Below, one piece after another: positions 10,739 through 22,594 of a stretch of DNA of 40,858 nt; the first letter of the stretch is position 1; each line of letters opens with the position of its first letter. A program made the position numbers and the translations under genes. The stretch comes from Ionaspis alba (taxonomy: Eukaryota). Below the pieces are notes generated by a model, which had not been told where the DNA came from, did not search any database, and worked only from the letters and a program-made list of their open reading frames with translations. The stretch spans positions 1-40,858 of the forward strand of contig CAXUUL010000062.1 in NCBI GenBank assembly GCA_964255285.1, written 5' to 3'.

Positions 10739-12064
10739 ATGGCAGTAAGCTTCTCTCTGAATCCTGTTCTTGTTACATGGACATATCATACAGCAGTTTT
10801 GTGTTATGGTCTGGATCGCTGATCGTCTCTATCTAGCAATACAGTGGATATGGGAATCAATCTGGCTATGGGCAGTCGAACCGCTACGACGAGCAAGCTG
10901 GAAATCCTTACTCTCAACAGCACTCCGGCAACCCATACGCCCAGCAACAGCAGTCAAGCAATCCCTACGCTCAGCAGACAACTCCGACCGGTGGCTATAG
11001 CGGTGGTCAACAATCTGGAGGCTACAGCCGGCAGGATAATGGAACCTATGGTCTGTGTTGCCAACAGGATATCAACAGTGATTGTGTCTCTGACTTGCCT
11101 TAGTCTCAGGTGACAATATGGAGATGGGGCGTATCAACGGCGGCGTTGCAAGCTACGGACGTTCGGCCAAAGCCGACCCCATGGGCATCCTCAACGAGAC
11201 TACCGAAGTGGATCAAGGGATTGAGCACATCAATCAAAACCTCGCTGCACTTCGTGAACTCCAAAGGGAGGCATTGAACGATACTGATGCCAGCCCAAAT
11301 ACAAAGACCAATCGCCAACTAGATTCACTGAGCACCGAGACGATGGATCTATATCGTAATCTCGTCGGTCGCATCAAAAAGCTCAAGAATACTCCAGGAG
11401 CCGGCAGCGAACAGAATGCCAAACAAGTTGGGCGCGTAGAACGACGACTCAAGGACGCCATCCAGAATTATCAGACACTTGATGCTGAGTTTCGAAAAGA
11501 GTTGCAAGCACAGATGGCTCGGCAGTACCTTATCGTCAGACCTACTGCCAGCAAAGAGGAAGTTGATGAGGCAGTGGGAGACACATCTAGTACCCAAGTA
11601 TTTGGTCAAGCTGTGAGTAATCCATCGCTGAGCTTGGTCTTGTCCTTTGGCTGAACCTTTTGAGCTTCTACAATCTGATCGACGTGGACAATCCCAATCG
11701 GCGCTACGAGCAGTTCAAGGCAGACACGAGGCCATCCAGAAAATTGAGAGACAAGTCATCGAACTTGCACAGCTGTTCGAGGACATGAACGTACTCGTCG
11801 TTCAGCAGGAACCCGTGGTCGAACAGATCAACCAGCAGTCCGAAGTCGTTCATGACAATGTCAATCAGGCAAATACGCAACTCGATGGAGCAATAACGAA
11901 AGCCCGAGCTCGCAACCGGAAGAAATGGTGGTGTCTGGGTATCGTCCGTAAGTAATTTCACAACTCAGCTCTGTTAAGATAACCACTAACGAAGCCTTCT
12001 AGTCCTCATCATCATTATCATCGTGGTCATCGTGGCTGTATACTTTACTGTGATCAAGAAGTAA
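10739..12064 (+). CDS. SSO1: Plasma-membrane syntaxin t-SNARE (Sso1/Sso2 family)
   Basis: Five exons; exon 1 is only ATG GCA. Habc region, RQYLIVRPTAS, SNARE motif RHEAIQKIERQVIELAQLFEDM, ARARNRKKWWCLGIV, then a C-terminal hydrophobic anchor ending at TAA 12062-12064. Confidence 0.95.
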
Positions 12065-12968
12065 GCCACATTATGCCACTGCCCAGTTCCTAGTCAATTC
12101 AGCCATCGCTTTGTTATCCGATACAACCATCAACCAAAAGTTATTGGTTACGCAAGGTAGCCTTTCTTCGGCGGCATGTTCATCTGTTCCGCTGAACTAT
12201 TCTCACGTTGAGAACTGTCTGCTTTCTGGCCATCTTTTCCTGCTCATTCAGATCCAACCTCTTGGATACCAGGATTCTAATATGATGCACCACCCCAGAA
12301 CTACGCCTGCACCTTAGGTTAACCTCTAGATTCGCGGATCAGAAGCTCCACAATTTTCTCGGCAGGTCATCGCACCCAGCGTCTTACTAGCGGCGTTCAG
12401 ATGCCGGGCCTTGTTGTGCCTCTCATGCGTACCTAAGACTACAGGAGTACCGTGCCTTACTGCCGAATTTTGGCGGAGCAGGTACTACAGCTTACTTTTA
12501 ATACTCGATTTCTTAATCTAATCTACTTCGGACTCAACGCAAGTCCTGTACCTCGTTCCCATCTGTACGCTGTGTTTGCATCTTCACGTAACTCACTTAC
12601 CTTAGTCAGGTTGGCAATCCGCATTGACAGGCATCGCCTCTCCCGTGAATTCATTGTCTGCACTCTTATTAGTAATCTTCTGCCTTCCGTAAATATTCGT
12701 ATAGTTTTTGCTGTTTCCAATCGAACCAGTATGATGCCGACTTCATGGTCAAGGCCGTGCTCTGTTATCCTTGCTAGCGCCAAAGGCAGTATTTGGACTA
12801 AATGAACCTCAACTTTTGTGATCAGAGGCTCCTTCACCCACATCGATCTAGATTATTTGTGGCTACCAGTAATGGTGTCGCCAATACCGCTCCATCGAAT
12901 GGGTAAATCTGATTCTTCATGATATATCGTTCTTTGTCACTCTCCCTCTTATCGTCGCGAATGCAACA

Positions 12969-13597
12969 ATGTTGTCCTGGTATCGAAGCCAGCTTGTACG
13001 CCAGCCTCTGTTGACTGGCAGCGTCACAACGGCTGTAAGGCTAGCTAAATAGCTTCAGGTGCTGTTCCATGTTCTAATTGTACCGTAATAGATTCTTTTT
13101 GCAACTGGAGACCTCATGGCGCAGCAGGCCGTTGAGAAAGTCGAACGGCATAATTTTGCTCGCACTGGGCGCATGGCGTTGTATGGAGGAGGTACACTAT
13201 TCTGACCGCATTTGCTCCTCTTTTGGACGATACTAATCGAATCATTGCAGCTGTCTTCGGTCCTGCCATGACAAAATGGTACCCATTCCTCGAACGCAGA
13301 ATTAAGCTACAAAATCGCACTACGACCCTTGTCGCTCGAGTTCTGGTTGATCAGACTGTCTTTGCGTCCACCAATCTTTTTGTTTTTTTGACCAGCATGG
13401 CTCTTATGGAAGGCACGAGCCCGAAAGAGAAGCTTGCGACTACTTATGTGGAAGCTCTGAAGAAGAATTGGATGGTTTGGCCCGCCGTTCAAGGACTCAA
13501 TTTCACAGTCGTACCGTTGGAACATAGACCGATCGTGGTGAATGTGGTTTCTCTTGGCTGGAACTGCTATCTGAGCTACGTTAACAGCAGGAAATAG
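12969..13597 (+). CDS. SYM1: Mpv17/PMP22 family membrane protein (Sym1)
   Basis: Three exons: [83 protein letters not shown]. Confidence 0.92.
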
Positions 13598-14162
13598 AGG
13601 GCAATTGCTGCGCAGCACCTTCAAGCTTGTCTGTTGCACCGTCGAAGCTTTACTCGTTGCATTGCTTGTTGGCCTGGTTGATCGCGCCAATCAGGACTTT
13701 GGCGCCTACATAGAATGGCAGACATGACATAGAAATGCAATATAGATACCCAATTTGAAGAAACCTTCAATGACAGTGATAGCTAAAGGCCGTGAATGCG
13801 CATTTTGAGTAACATATCATCTATCAAACAACCTTTTTTAGGTTTCCCGATGAATTTCGCGGCAGTCGCAAACCTCAAAACGTCAACCATAAAATCCAGA
13901 GCCCACAAAATCTTCTCTACAAGCCAACTTCCACTCTAGATTCATAGCCCGGCGCAAAACTACCTTTGAGAGATCCGATCTCACGAGTTTTCACCTAAAT
14001 ATTGAGAAACTATTCGTAGCCTGCGTCGCATAGCGGCTCACAGTCGACTTGCACCACGACTATTGCCTTTTCACGCAGCTGAGCGAACTGAAGGCGACTT
14101 CAACATTCTTGAGCCTGCAATCTTCATCTACCATCTATCGAAGCTTGTATTATTCTCTCGTC

Positions 14163-15090
14163 ATGTCGACACTCAATGCACCTAATACCGGTGTCGCCAA
14201 CCCTTCATCTCCTGTTCCCCTTGATACTATCCCGATCTCTCCTGCCGACGGTACCAACGGCAAGTTAGGGGATGAGAACAGTCCTCCGAATGGTACGCCG
14301 GCGAGAAAAGAGTACAAAGAGACAGATCAAATCACCGTCTTCCACGACCCCGATAACTTCAATGTCAAGCACCCTCTCATGAATACCTGGACATTGTGGT
14401 TCACAAAGCCACCTAGCGGAAAGGTTGGCCATCCAACAGTGTTGTGCATGTCTGAATGCTGATCGCACTCCTAGGGAGACAACTGGAACGACCTGCTCAA
14501 GGAAGTAGTCACCTTTGATTCCGTGGAGGAGTTTTGGGGAGTTTATGTATGGCTCTCTTGCGCACATTTGTTCTAATGATTGCTGATCCGCAGCTTTCCA
14601 GAACAACATCACACCCACTTCCGAGCTTGCTATAAAATCAGATTATCATCTTTTCAAGAAAGGCGTCCGTCCCGAGTGGGAAGATCCTCAGAACAAGCAC
14701 GGGGGCAAATGGTCTTATTCCTTTCGAGAAAAGCGCAACGTCCCGATCGATGACTTATGGCTATACGTTATGCTTGCCGCCATTGGAGAGACGCTGGAAA
14801 ATGACGGTGACGGTGAAGTGATGGGTGTGGTCGTCAACGTCCGCAAAGGTTTCTACAGAATCGGTGTCTGGACCAAAACGGTTGGCAAAACCATCCCTGG
14901 TGGAGGCGAAGGTGATGTGGCAGGTGGAAAAGGTAGAAATTCGGACAAGAGCAAGGAGGTGCTGCAAGGGATTGGAAAGAAGTTCAAGGAGGTGCTGAAG
15001 CTCGAGGGCTCGGAGGTTGTCGAATTTTCAGGGCACACAGAGAGCGCACACAGCGGAAGTACGAGGGCGAAAGCTAAATTCACGGTCTGA
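14163..15090 (+). CDS. CDC33: Translation initiation factor eIF4E
   Basis: Three exons: KHPLMNTWTLWF, FDSVEEFWGVYNNI, DYHLFKKGVRPEWEDPQNKHGGKW, GVVVNVRKGFYRIGVW. Confidence 0.96.
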
Positions 15091-16771
15091 GAACATGGCA
15101 CAGACTAGGTTTGGCATATTTTGAGCTCCGCTATGGTGGTTAGTACCACGACGAGCTTCACTCTCTGTTGATTGCTAGTTGATGGACGCAGCGAGATACC
15201 AACAATGATACCAGATTTGCATAAGTATTCCGACATATTTCCAGCATTTCCCGAAGCGTTATCTGCAAGTCCTGCTCTGTATTCTCGTAATGACCAGAGC
15301 CAGCAGCATCCATGTCGTCCGTGACCGTGGTGAGCTATACAACAATACCGTTGCCAAAAATGCAACCCGGGCCATATCACGATACACCGACTACCCAACC
15401 CGTCTGCAAGCTGTCCCGCATAAAGCGAATCTGCATTTGGTTGTCCTACAAAGCGTAGCCTTTACCGACTCGGTATGTGGACCTGGTGGCGTCGTTGTGG
15501 CTGGGACGGTCAGCCTCTATTTTACGTTTTCTAGAGCTAGGATCTATCTTCAGACATGGACGTCCAGTCTGCTGTGCGTCACTTGCCAGAAACTTGTCAA
15601 AAAACCAGATGTTGGGAACACTAAGTATATTGCCGACCCCTCTAGAAACTAAACCCACTGTTGCTTCCAGCATGAACACGAGTGCCCACAGTCCAGCGGG
15701 CTCCACAGGCTCGCTATATTTGATTGTAACAAAGCGTTCCAAAGTTCTGCTACTTATCCATAGAGAGCGAACCATGCGCAGTTTATCTGAGGTCACAAGT
15801 TCGTCTAGTCGCTGCGTCGCTGGGGATGCGCAGACCGAGCCAACCCCAACTATCTTGTCCTTCATCAGTCAAGAGATCATGGTCGTCCCATAAAAAAAAT
15901 CCGCTGCACGTTACGTGCTCCCCGTGCCTCATTTGTTCAAGTGAAGCGAAAAAGGTGGTTTCGTCTTCGTTGGGTGCTGGCTGCTTGGGCCGCTATCCTT
16001 GAAAAGGAAACAGCTCGATGCTAAAGTAATCCGCAAGATTCAGTGGATATTCAGGAATCCACGAACCCGTCGCGTCCTCAAGTAGAGTGAATAGGGTCAT
16101 GCTGTTGGTTCTTTTTGCCTGCTCGCTCAGGGTGGTCCAAAGATCAAAGGGTGGATGAGCGGGTTCGTCCGGATTCTGCACTGCCCAGCAAGCTCTAGTG
16201 AACAGACTGTTATCACTTGCTCTCTACAGTAGTGGACTCACCATTTTTGCTGAAAGGAGCACTTGGGAGCCTTCAATACTCCCGTGTTACAGCTCCTTTG
16301 CAGGATATCACGGTATTTCATCTTCCAAAATGAGTGAGACCCCAGCCCCGAGAGAGCTCGAGGCTGGCCTTGTGCAAATGTGGGATCAACTTTCCAAGCA
16401 CCACTCCCTATAATACTGCTCCGAGTATTCGTTGTTATGAATCCATTCACCTAGAGCATATTAGTGGTCTCATCATCGTCGTTGTCTTCAATTTTGATTA
16501 CCATAACACGTAGGTAACAACAAGAACGGGAATATAGCGAGCGGCCCTCAGTCAAAAAGATCACATATTTTCGTCACCTGCGTGCATACCAATACGCCAC
16601 CACCTCCTCCGGGGATATATCAGCGATAAAAAAAATGGTTGCCACCTTGGAAGCCCGCGGAGGATGAGGTGGGCAAATGCGGTGGGCATGGAAGTTTGCG
16701 GGAAGTGCAGGAGTAAATTCCTGGGGACGAGGATAGGCCCGACAGGATTGTTGCAAGTGCAGTTGGTGGAC

Positions 16772-16981
16772 AATTTCGGGCCGGATTGATGGTATGAGAG
16801 GAACCTGGAGGTGATGGCGAGGAAGANNNNNNNNNNNNNNNNNNNNNNNNNNNNNNNNNNNNNNNNNNNNNNNNNNNNNNNNNNNNNNNNNNNNNNNNNN
16901 NNNNNNNNNNNNNNNNNNNNNNNNNNAATTTCGGGCCGGATTGATGGTATGAGAGGAACCTGGAGGTGATGGCGAGGAAGA
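16772..16981. other. Scaffold gap (100 N, 16827-16926) flanked by an exact 55-nt direct duplication
   Basis: 16772-16826 is identical to 16927-16981 (aatttcgggccgg...ggcgaggaaga). Confidence 0.95.
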
Positions 16982-17803
16982 GACGTCTGCGGGCGATTCT
17001 TGGCTAGGCCATGGTACCGGACTAGTCTCACCGCTTATCGGAGGAGTAGGAAGGAAACCTGGATTTGGGATACGGAGACCAAGGCTCGAAGCGGGATCAG
17101 GACAGACTTCCCTGCTGCTGTGTGGGTCATCAATACCTCGGATGAGTGAGGGAGTGCTAAGTGTGCGTTGAGGAAAACATCAGCAGCAGTGGAGCCCGAC
17201 AGAAGGTTGATGACCGAGCCACGTCGTGGTCCTGTTTGGCGTGAGTGCTAGCTCTGGTGACTCCCTTTGATGTGTCTCAGAGAAAGGTCGAGGGCTTCAC
17301 TTTGAGGGCGTCTTGGTGACAGTTTGGAGGTAGACTGTCTGACAGTTCTCATTCAGACGTTTTGGTGAGTGGTACGAGTTTCCCAAGTGTTTGATCAAGC
17401 AGATGATCTGGACCTGTAAGTGGGAAGTTTGGTAAGACTGGCGCTGTCTTGGTCGGGGTTCTTCTCAGCGTCGTTTTCCTCTTTGGAGATCTGCATTGTG
17501 TCACCCGACCTATTCACATGTATATTACAGTGCGCCGCATAAACAGGGTCGTTGAAATTTTATGCCTTATGTACCAAACACAGAGCGCAAACATTGAAGT
17601 CGCAAGCACCGACTCGCATTTAGTCTCTGGAATATTCAGTGCACCTGGAAAAGGGAAAATGAGAAGTCGCAAGCAGTTAGTACTCCACGATTGTCATTTT
17701 CAATATAGTATGCAGAGCTCGTCTGTTGCGGCTTTTCTATTGTCTCGTGCAAGGGCGTACTCAGATTAGAATCATCTGGGACCGACGTTCTTGCTGCGCA
17801 GCT

Positions 17804-19838
17804 TCATGCCACTGAATCTGGAAACACTTCCTTCACAAGGCTCTTCTTATTGACTGACGCAATCTTAGTAATGGAGATCAACGGGGAAGGTTATATCCTG
17901 CTTACTTTTGCCCATGGCATTCCTTGGCAATCCGTCCGGCATGACCTTCAATTCTTGCGGAATCTTGTAATTTGCAAGCTTGTCCTTGAGTGCTCGCCGC
18001 ATATCCATAATACTCCAAGCCTTTCCACCTTTGCCACTCCGAGAGTGCTCTGGGTAGAGAACCACAACCGCAGCCACTTTCTGGCCCCATTGATCTGAAG
18101 GAATACCGACCACTGCGGCCTCGGCAATCTGGGGCCTGTATCAGGGTTAAAACGACGTCGCTTCGATATCGACCCGGACACTGAGACTTACAGCGAAAGA
18201 AGTTCTCGCTCAATTTCCAGAGCGCTGACTTTTTCTCCGCCTGTCTTGATTATGTCCACACTTTTTCGACCTCGAATAAAATACATAGGGCCCTTCGCCC
18301 AAGCTTGGTCACTCTGTCCGGCACCGTGTACATTTCTTCTAGACGCCACATCTCCGGTCCTAAACCACCGACCACGGTCATCATCTCCGTCTACAAACTC
18401 CTCAGAAGTCGCCTTTGGATTTCTCCAATACTCTTGAAAGACCGTTGGCCCTCTCAATTGGATTTCGCCCTCCCGCTCTTTGTTATTAGTGTCAAGCTCC
18501 TCTCCTTCATTGATTACCTCATTAGTCTCCGTGTCAACTAGTCTAGCCTCCACGGAAGGTAAAGGCCAGCCGACACTTCCATCTATTCGGTCTCTATAGT
18601 CAAGACCACAGCTCAAAGCCATCCCCACCTCGGTCATACCATATCGTTCCAAAAGTACATTGCCTCCGCTGAGTTCTGTCCACGCAGCTTTTGTAGGGGT
18701 GGGAAGAGCGGCGGATCCGGATATATTCAGTCTCATTTGCTGGGGCGAAATGGCTATCCTTGCTGCCTTTTGTACTGGGGGAAGCAAGTCTGTATAGGAT
18801 GAAAGGAGGCGGTTGTAAATGGTCGGGACGACGGTCAGAAAAGTTATTGGTCTTCTACTGGGACCCGGTGATTGACTCTCGGTGTGAAACGGTATTGCAA
18901 GCCTCTCCCAGACTGCATTTGCATTGAAAGGGAACATGAACTCAATGGTAGACCCAGCAAACAAGGGAGTTACAAGTGCGTTGATTGTGCCATGGATGTG
19001 ATGCAAGGGCAGCACGTGAAGCAGGTGATCGTTGGCCGTGTATCTCCAAGCCTTGAGCAGGGACTGAGCTTGCGCTGTCAGCGCCGATTGAGGTAGTAGC
19101 ACGCCTTTCTGTACAGGATTAGTCCATTCTTGGGCAATATGATTCTATTGTTCGTGCTACCTACCGGACGACTCGTTGTTCCCGAAGTGTACAGCATCAT
19201 ACCACCGGGAAGCTGCGCATGTCCGTCGAGGCAGACTTCAAGTTCCTTCACAGCACCACCCAGCTTTTTTTCTACTGGAGCAAGCATGGGCTTGTCTACC
19301 ATCTCTGCATGCAAGGCTTCTTCGGCTTTACTTTGATACTTTTGCGAGGTGAGAAGCAGTGAAGCTCCACTATTCTCTAATATGTATCTCAACTCGCTAG
19401 ATGGAAATCCAGTCGACAGAGGGACAGCAATCGACCCGTTAGCCAGAATAGATAGTAGCGTGACTGCGTAGTTGATTGTCAGGAGTCTCAGACAAGATCC
19501 ATCTTTGTGGTATTCGTACCTACATAATCATATCCGTTTTCTACCAAGAAAGCCACTCTTTGGTCGTCGAGATTGCCACCGACGGCAGATGAAAGAAGTT
19601 TGTCCCGTGCTTCAACAACGTCATTCAGCAACTCTCCATAGCTAAACGAGCGACCTGATCTTGAATGGATGACAGCAGTACTTGACGGATCGTGGCCGGC
19701 GATTGCTTCGAAAATTGGCAGCCGAGGCAGACTCGACGCCATTCGGAAGATGTGGAAGAAAATCGGGCGTATTCTCCCTGGTGTTGACCTTAGTATGAGA
19801 TGTGGGCGGACACCACGCAAAATGCTTCGGAAATACAT
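17804..19838 (-). CDS. AMP-binding acyl-CoA synthetase, malonyl-CoA synthetase (ACSF3/MatB)-like
   Basis: Five exons. AMP-binding MLYTSGTTSRPKG, LHVLPLHHIHG, ISGSAALP, LLERYGMTEVGMALS, WFRTGD, GRKSVDIIKTGGEKVSALEIE, LPRNAMGKINKK. The ERYGMTE..MALS motif is typical of the ACSF3/MatB clade. Confidence 0.9.
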
Positions 19839-20118
19839 GGCAGTGACAGGCGGGATTGAAGCAGCCTTTATGCATTATCGGTTCTACGTGTGCGCAGAGA
19901 GATCGGCGTGACGAACGAACCTCTTGGGATGTTCATGATGCTAGAGAGGAGTCCCGACTTACCCAGCCCCTGATCGGGCGGAAGGGCCTTTACTTAGCGG
20001 CAACCCTAGCATTCGTGTACACTACCCTGTTTTGATATGTAGTTCAGCCGTCACATATTATAACGGCTGCCAAACTTCTCGAGGGTCGTCGAGAACTCGT
20101 AGGAATCAGGATATTCAG

Positions 20119-20584
20119 ATGGTTTGCTCTCGTGTAGGGTTTGCGGCACTAGCTAAAAGAATGTCTACAATGTCAACCACGCCAGTCGAAGATGCAATGC
20201 GCCTAAAGGTCTGCTGCTGCCATTCCATGGATCCGTCATCTGTCAGGATCTTACGCTTATTTTCACCAGATCATGCAAGCATTGAACCCCACAACTCTGG
20301 AGATACACAACGATTCTGGCCTCCATGCACACCACAAGGCTATGCAAGGGAGCACCTCGAGAGAGACTCACTTTCGCCTTGTCATCACCTCTGATGAGTT
20401 CCGCTCCAAAATGCAGCCGGCGAGGCACAGGATGGTGTACGCGTTGTTGAAGGAAGAGTTGGAGCGGCCCGGTGGCGTCCACGCACTACAGCTGCGGACT
20501 CGTACGCCAGAGGAAGAGGCGAAACAGCTGGCTCGAGTGCAAGAGGAGAGAAAAGAGCAACTAGGAGATGTGCAGAAACAGTGA
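20119..20584 (+). CDS. BolA-family protein (Bol1/Uvi31-like) with a probable short mitochondrial presequence
   Basis: Two exons: MVCSRVGFAALAKRMST...MRLK|IMQALNP; ETHFRLVITSDEF, ARHRMVYALL, GGVHALQLRTRTPEE. Confidence 0.92.
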
Positions 20585-21525
20585 TTGGAGTATCAGGATT
20601 GATTCGGTTTCCGAATAGTGGCCCTTTGGTACGCTAGAGGAAAGTTTTACATCATAATGTCGGTCTTTACCCATCCCTGCTGGACGTTAAGAAACCACTA
20701 ATATACAGACCAAGGTAACATGTTACAGAACCACATATCTTTGTGCCCTAGGCGCTCCTACGGTAGAGTCTCTCACCAACATTGTAATCGAATGCTATTC
20801 CTTTTCCCTAGAATCGATTAGGTTGAACTGCCTCGGCGATTCTATCTTTCCAATTCAGCTCACAATCATTCTGTCCTGGGGACATACTCTGATCAGAAGA
20901 GAAATCTCGAAAATTGCAGGCCAAGATCAGCAACCATGAGATATAGTGCAACACTTTGCTTCATGCGAGTTGGTATTGGCTCAAGTGATACCTCTCCCCA
21001 CAGCACCGATCGACGGGCTCCACGAGTAGAAGTGACGGTCTTGATCCTCTTTCAAGCCGATATCTAATCACGGTGCATGAAACCTAGATGAGAGTAAGAA
21101 AGCCTCCTCCCCGAAACCCAAAGGCATGGATGGGCATGGTCGTTGCTACCATCAAGGTGGATACTGAGCTGCAGTAGCTTTGGGACTGAGCGTGTTTGTG
21201 GTCCCATTCTAATGAATTTTACCAATATCTGAAACTCTCTCACACTATCCGCTGATTGGTACGTAGCCGGGAAGAACGTGAGCTTAAAGGGCGTGCATAT
21301 CATGGAAACGCTTCGAATAGGAATGTATCGGCGATGGAATCGGGTCCTGGTCTGATTCCTTTTCTCTGTGTTATACAGCATCACTAGATACGCACGGAAT
21401 ATCGGTTTGAAGGAGCTTGTAAGATCGCTCATGTCCTTGGCAATCCCCATCAATTGCTAGCTAAGTGGAGCATCTGCCCTAGCATTCCAGTAGAGAAGAC
21501 AAAGCTGCCATGCAATTCGTAGAGC

Positions 21526-22476
21526 TTAATATCTCTTGCCTTCTTTCAACAGATCGCTGTACTCCTCCAACGGACTTCTAATTAACTTTGTTTCCTTCCA
21601 CAGATTTGGAGTCAAGAAACCATAAGTATTCCCAACAGCGACGAAAGTAGCTTTCAGTGTGTTCTCGAGCGTTTTGGTAGAGCCGGATGATGAGGTATAG
21701 CTGTCTTGGACGCCAGCAAGCTGGAGTAAACGCTTGACAGCAGGTGATGCAACCAATCCAGTACCGCGCGGAGCAGGAATAAGCTTCAAGGGTTAGTCTC
21801 TACATCTTGAAGGTCTGAAATTCTCATAGAGCCGCTTACTCGAACTGTCACTGAACCGCACTTTCCACTCTCTTTGGTCGGGAGCGAATGAGGCTCTCCC
21901 AGATTGGCACCCCAGTAACCGCGACGAATAGGCAGTACACTGAGCTTCGCGATGATGATGGCGGCACGAATGGCAGTGGCGACTTCTTTCGAGGTCTTGA
22001 TACCGAGCCCAACGTGACCCTCAGAGTCCCCAATAACAACAATAGCCTTGAAACGAGTACGCTGACCTGCACGAGTCTGCTTTTGAACAGGCTTGATCTA
22101 GATCGCGGAGTAGTATGTCAGCAATGCGCACATCATGTAGAAGGCAAACATTCCTGGGCGAGTTCGAAGGGATAGAAAGGATTTCACTGACCTTCATCAC
22201 TTCATCCTTGAGTTTGGGAAGGAAGAAGTCGACGATCTGGTATTCCTTGATGGGCAAAGAGTGAAGATAGATCTCTTCCATACTCTTTATCTTGCCAGCT
22301 TTGACCAATCGCCCCAGCTTTGTCACTGGTTGCCATTCCTTCTCTTCGTTCTTGTTTGGACCGCGACGAGGTCCTCGTCGACCTCGCCCACGACCGCGGT
22401 CACCCCCTCGATCGCCGCGTGAGCCGAAACCACCACGCGCTCCTCCTGCTCCTGCTCCTCTTGGTGCATCAGCCAT
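21526..22476 (-). CDS. RPS2: 40S ribosomal protein S2 (uS5)
   Basis: RG-rich N-terminus, [49 protein letters not shown]; two introns. Confidence 0.98.
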
Positions 22477-22585
22477 ATTTGTAGTGAGATAGAGATCGAA
22501 AGGTGCGTCGATACTCTGAATTGGACGCAGGCGGTCGAACTTTCTTAGTGGGCTTTTGTGAGATTGTGTGGAAGACCGGCGCTAC

Positions 22586-22594
22586 TTAGGGCTA
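22586..22594. promoter_or_regulatory. TTAGGGCTA, Tbf1-type ribosomal-protein promoter element
   Basis: Exact motif 110 nt upstream of the RPS2 ATG; this is the Tbf1 element described in RP promoters of non-Saccharomyces fungi. Confidence 0.55.

Noticed and set aside
14049..14162. TTG-initiated N-terminal extension of eIF4E
   Set aside because: Produced by alternative-start ORF calling; ATG 14163 gives a normal eIF4E and the extension has no recognisable features.
16772..16981. 55-nt direct repeat as LTR, target-site duplication or CRISPR-like repeat
   Set aside because: Sits exactly on both edges of a 100-N gap; best explained as an assembly overlap.
21064..21453. 129-aa minus-strand ORF downstream of RPS2
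   Set aside because: Non-ATG first codon, overlaps the likely RPS2 3' UTR, no protein-like motifs.
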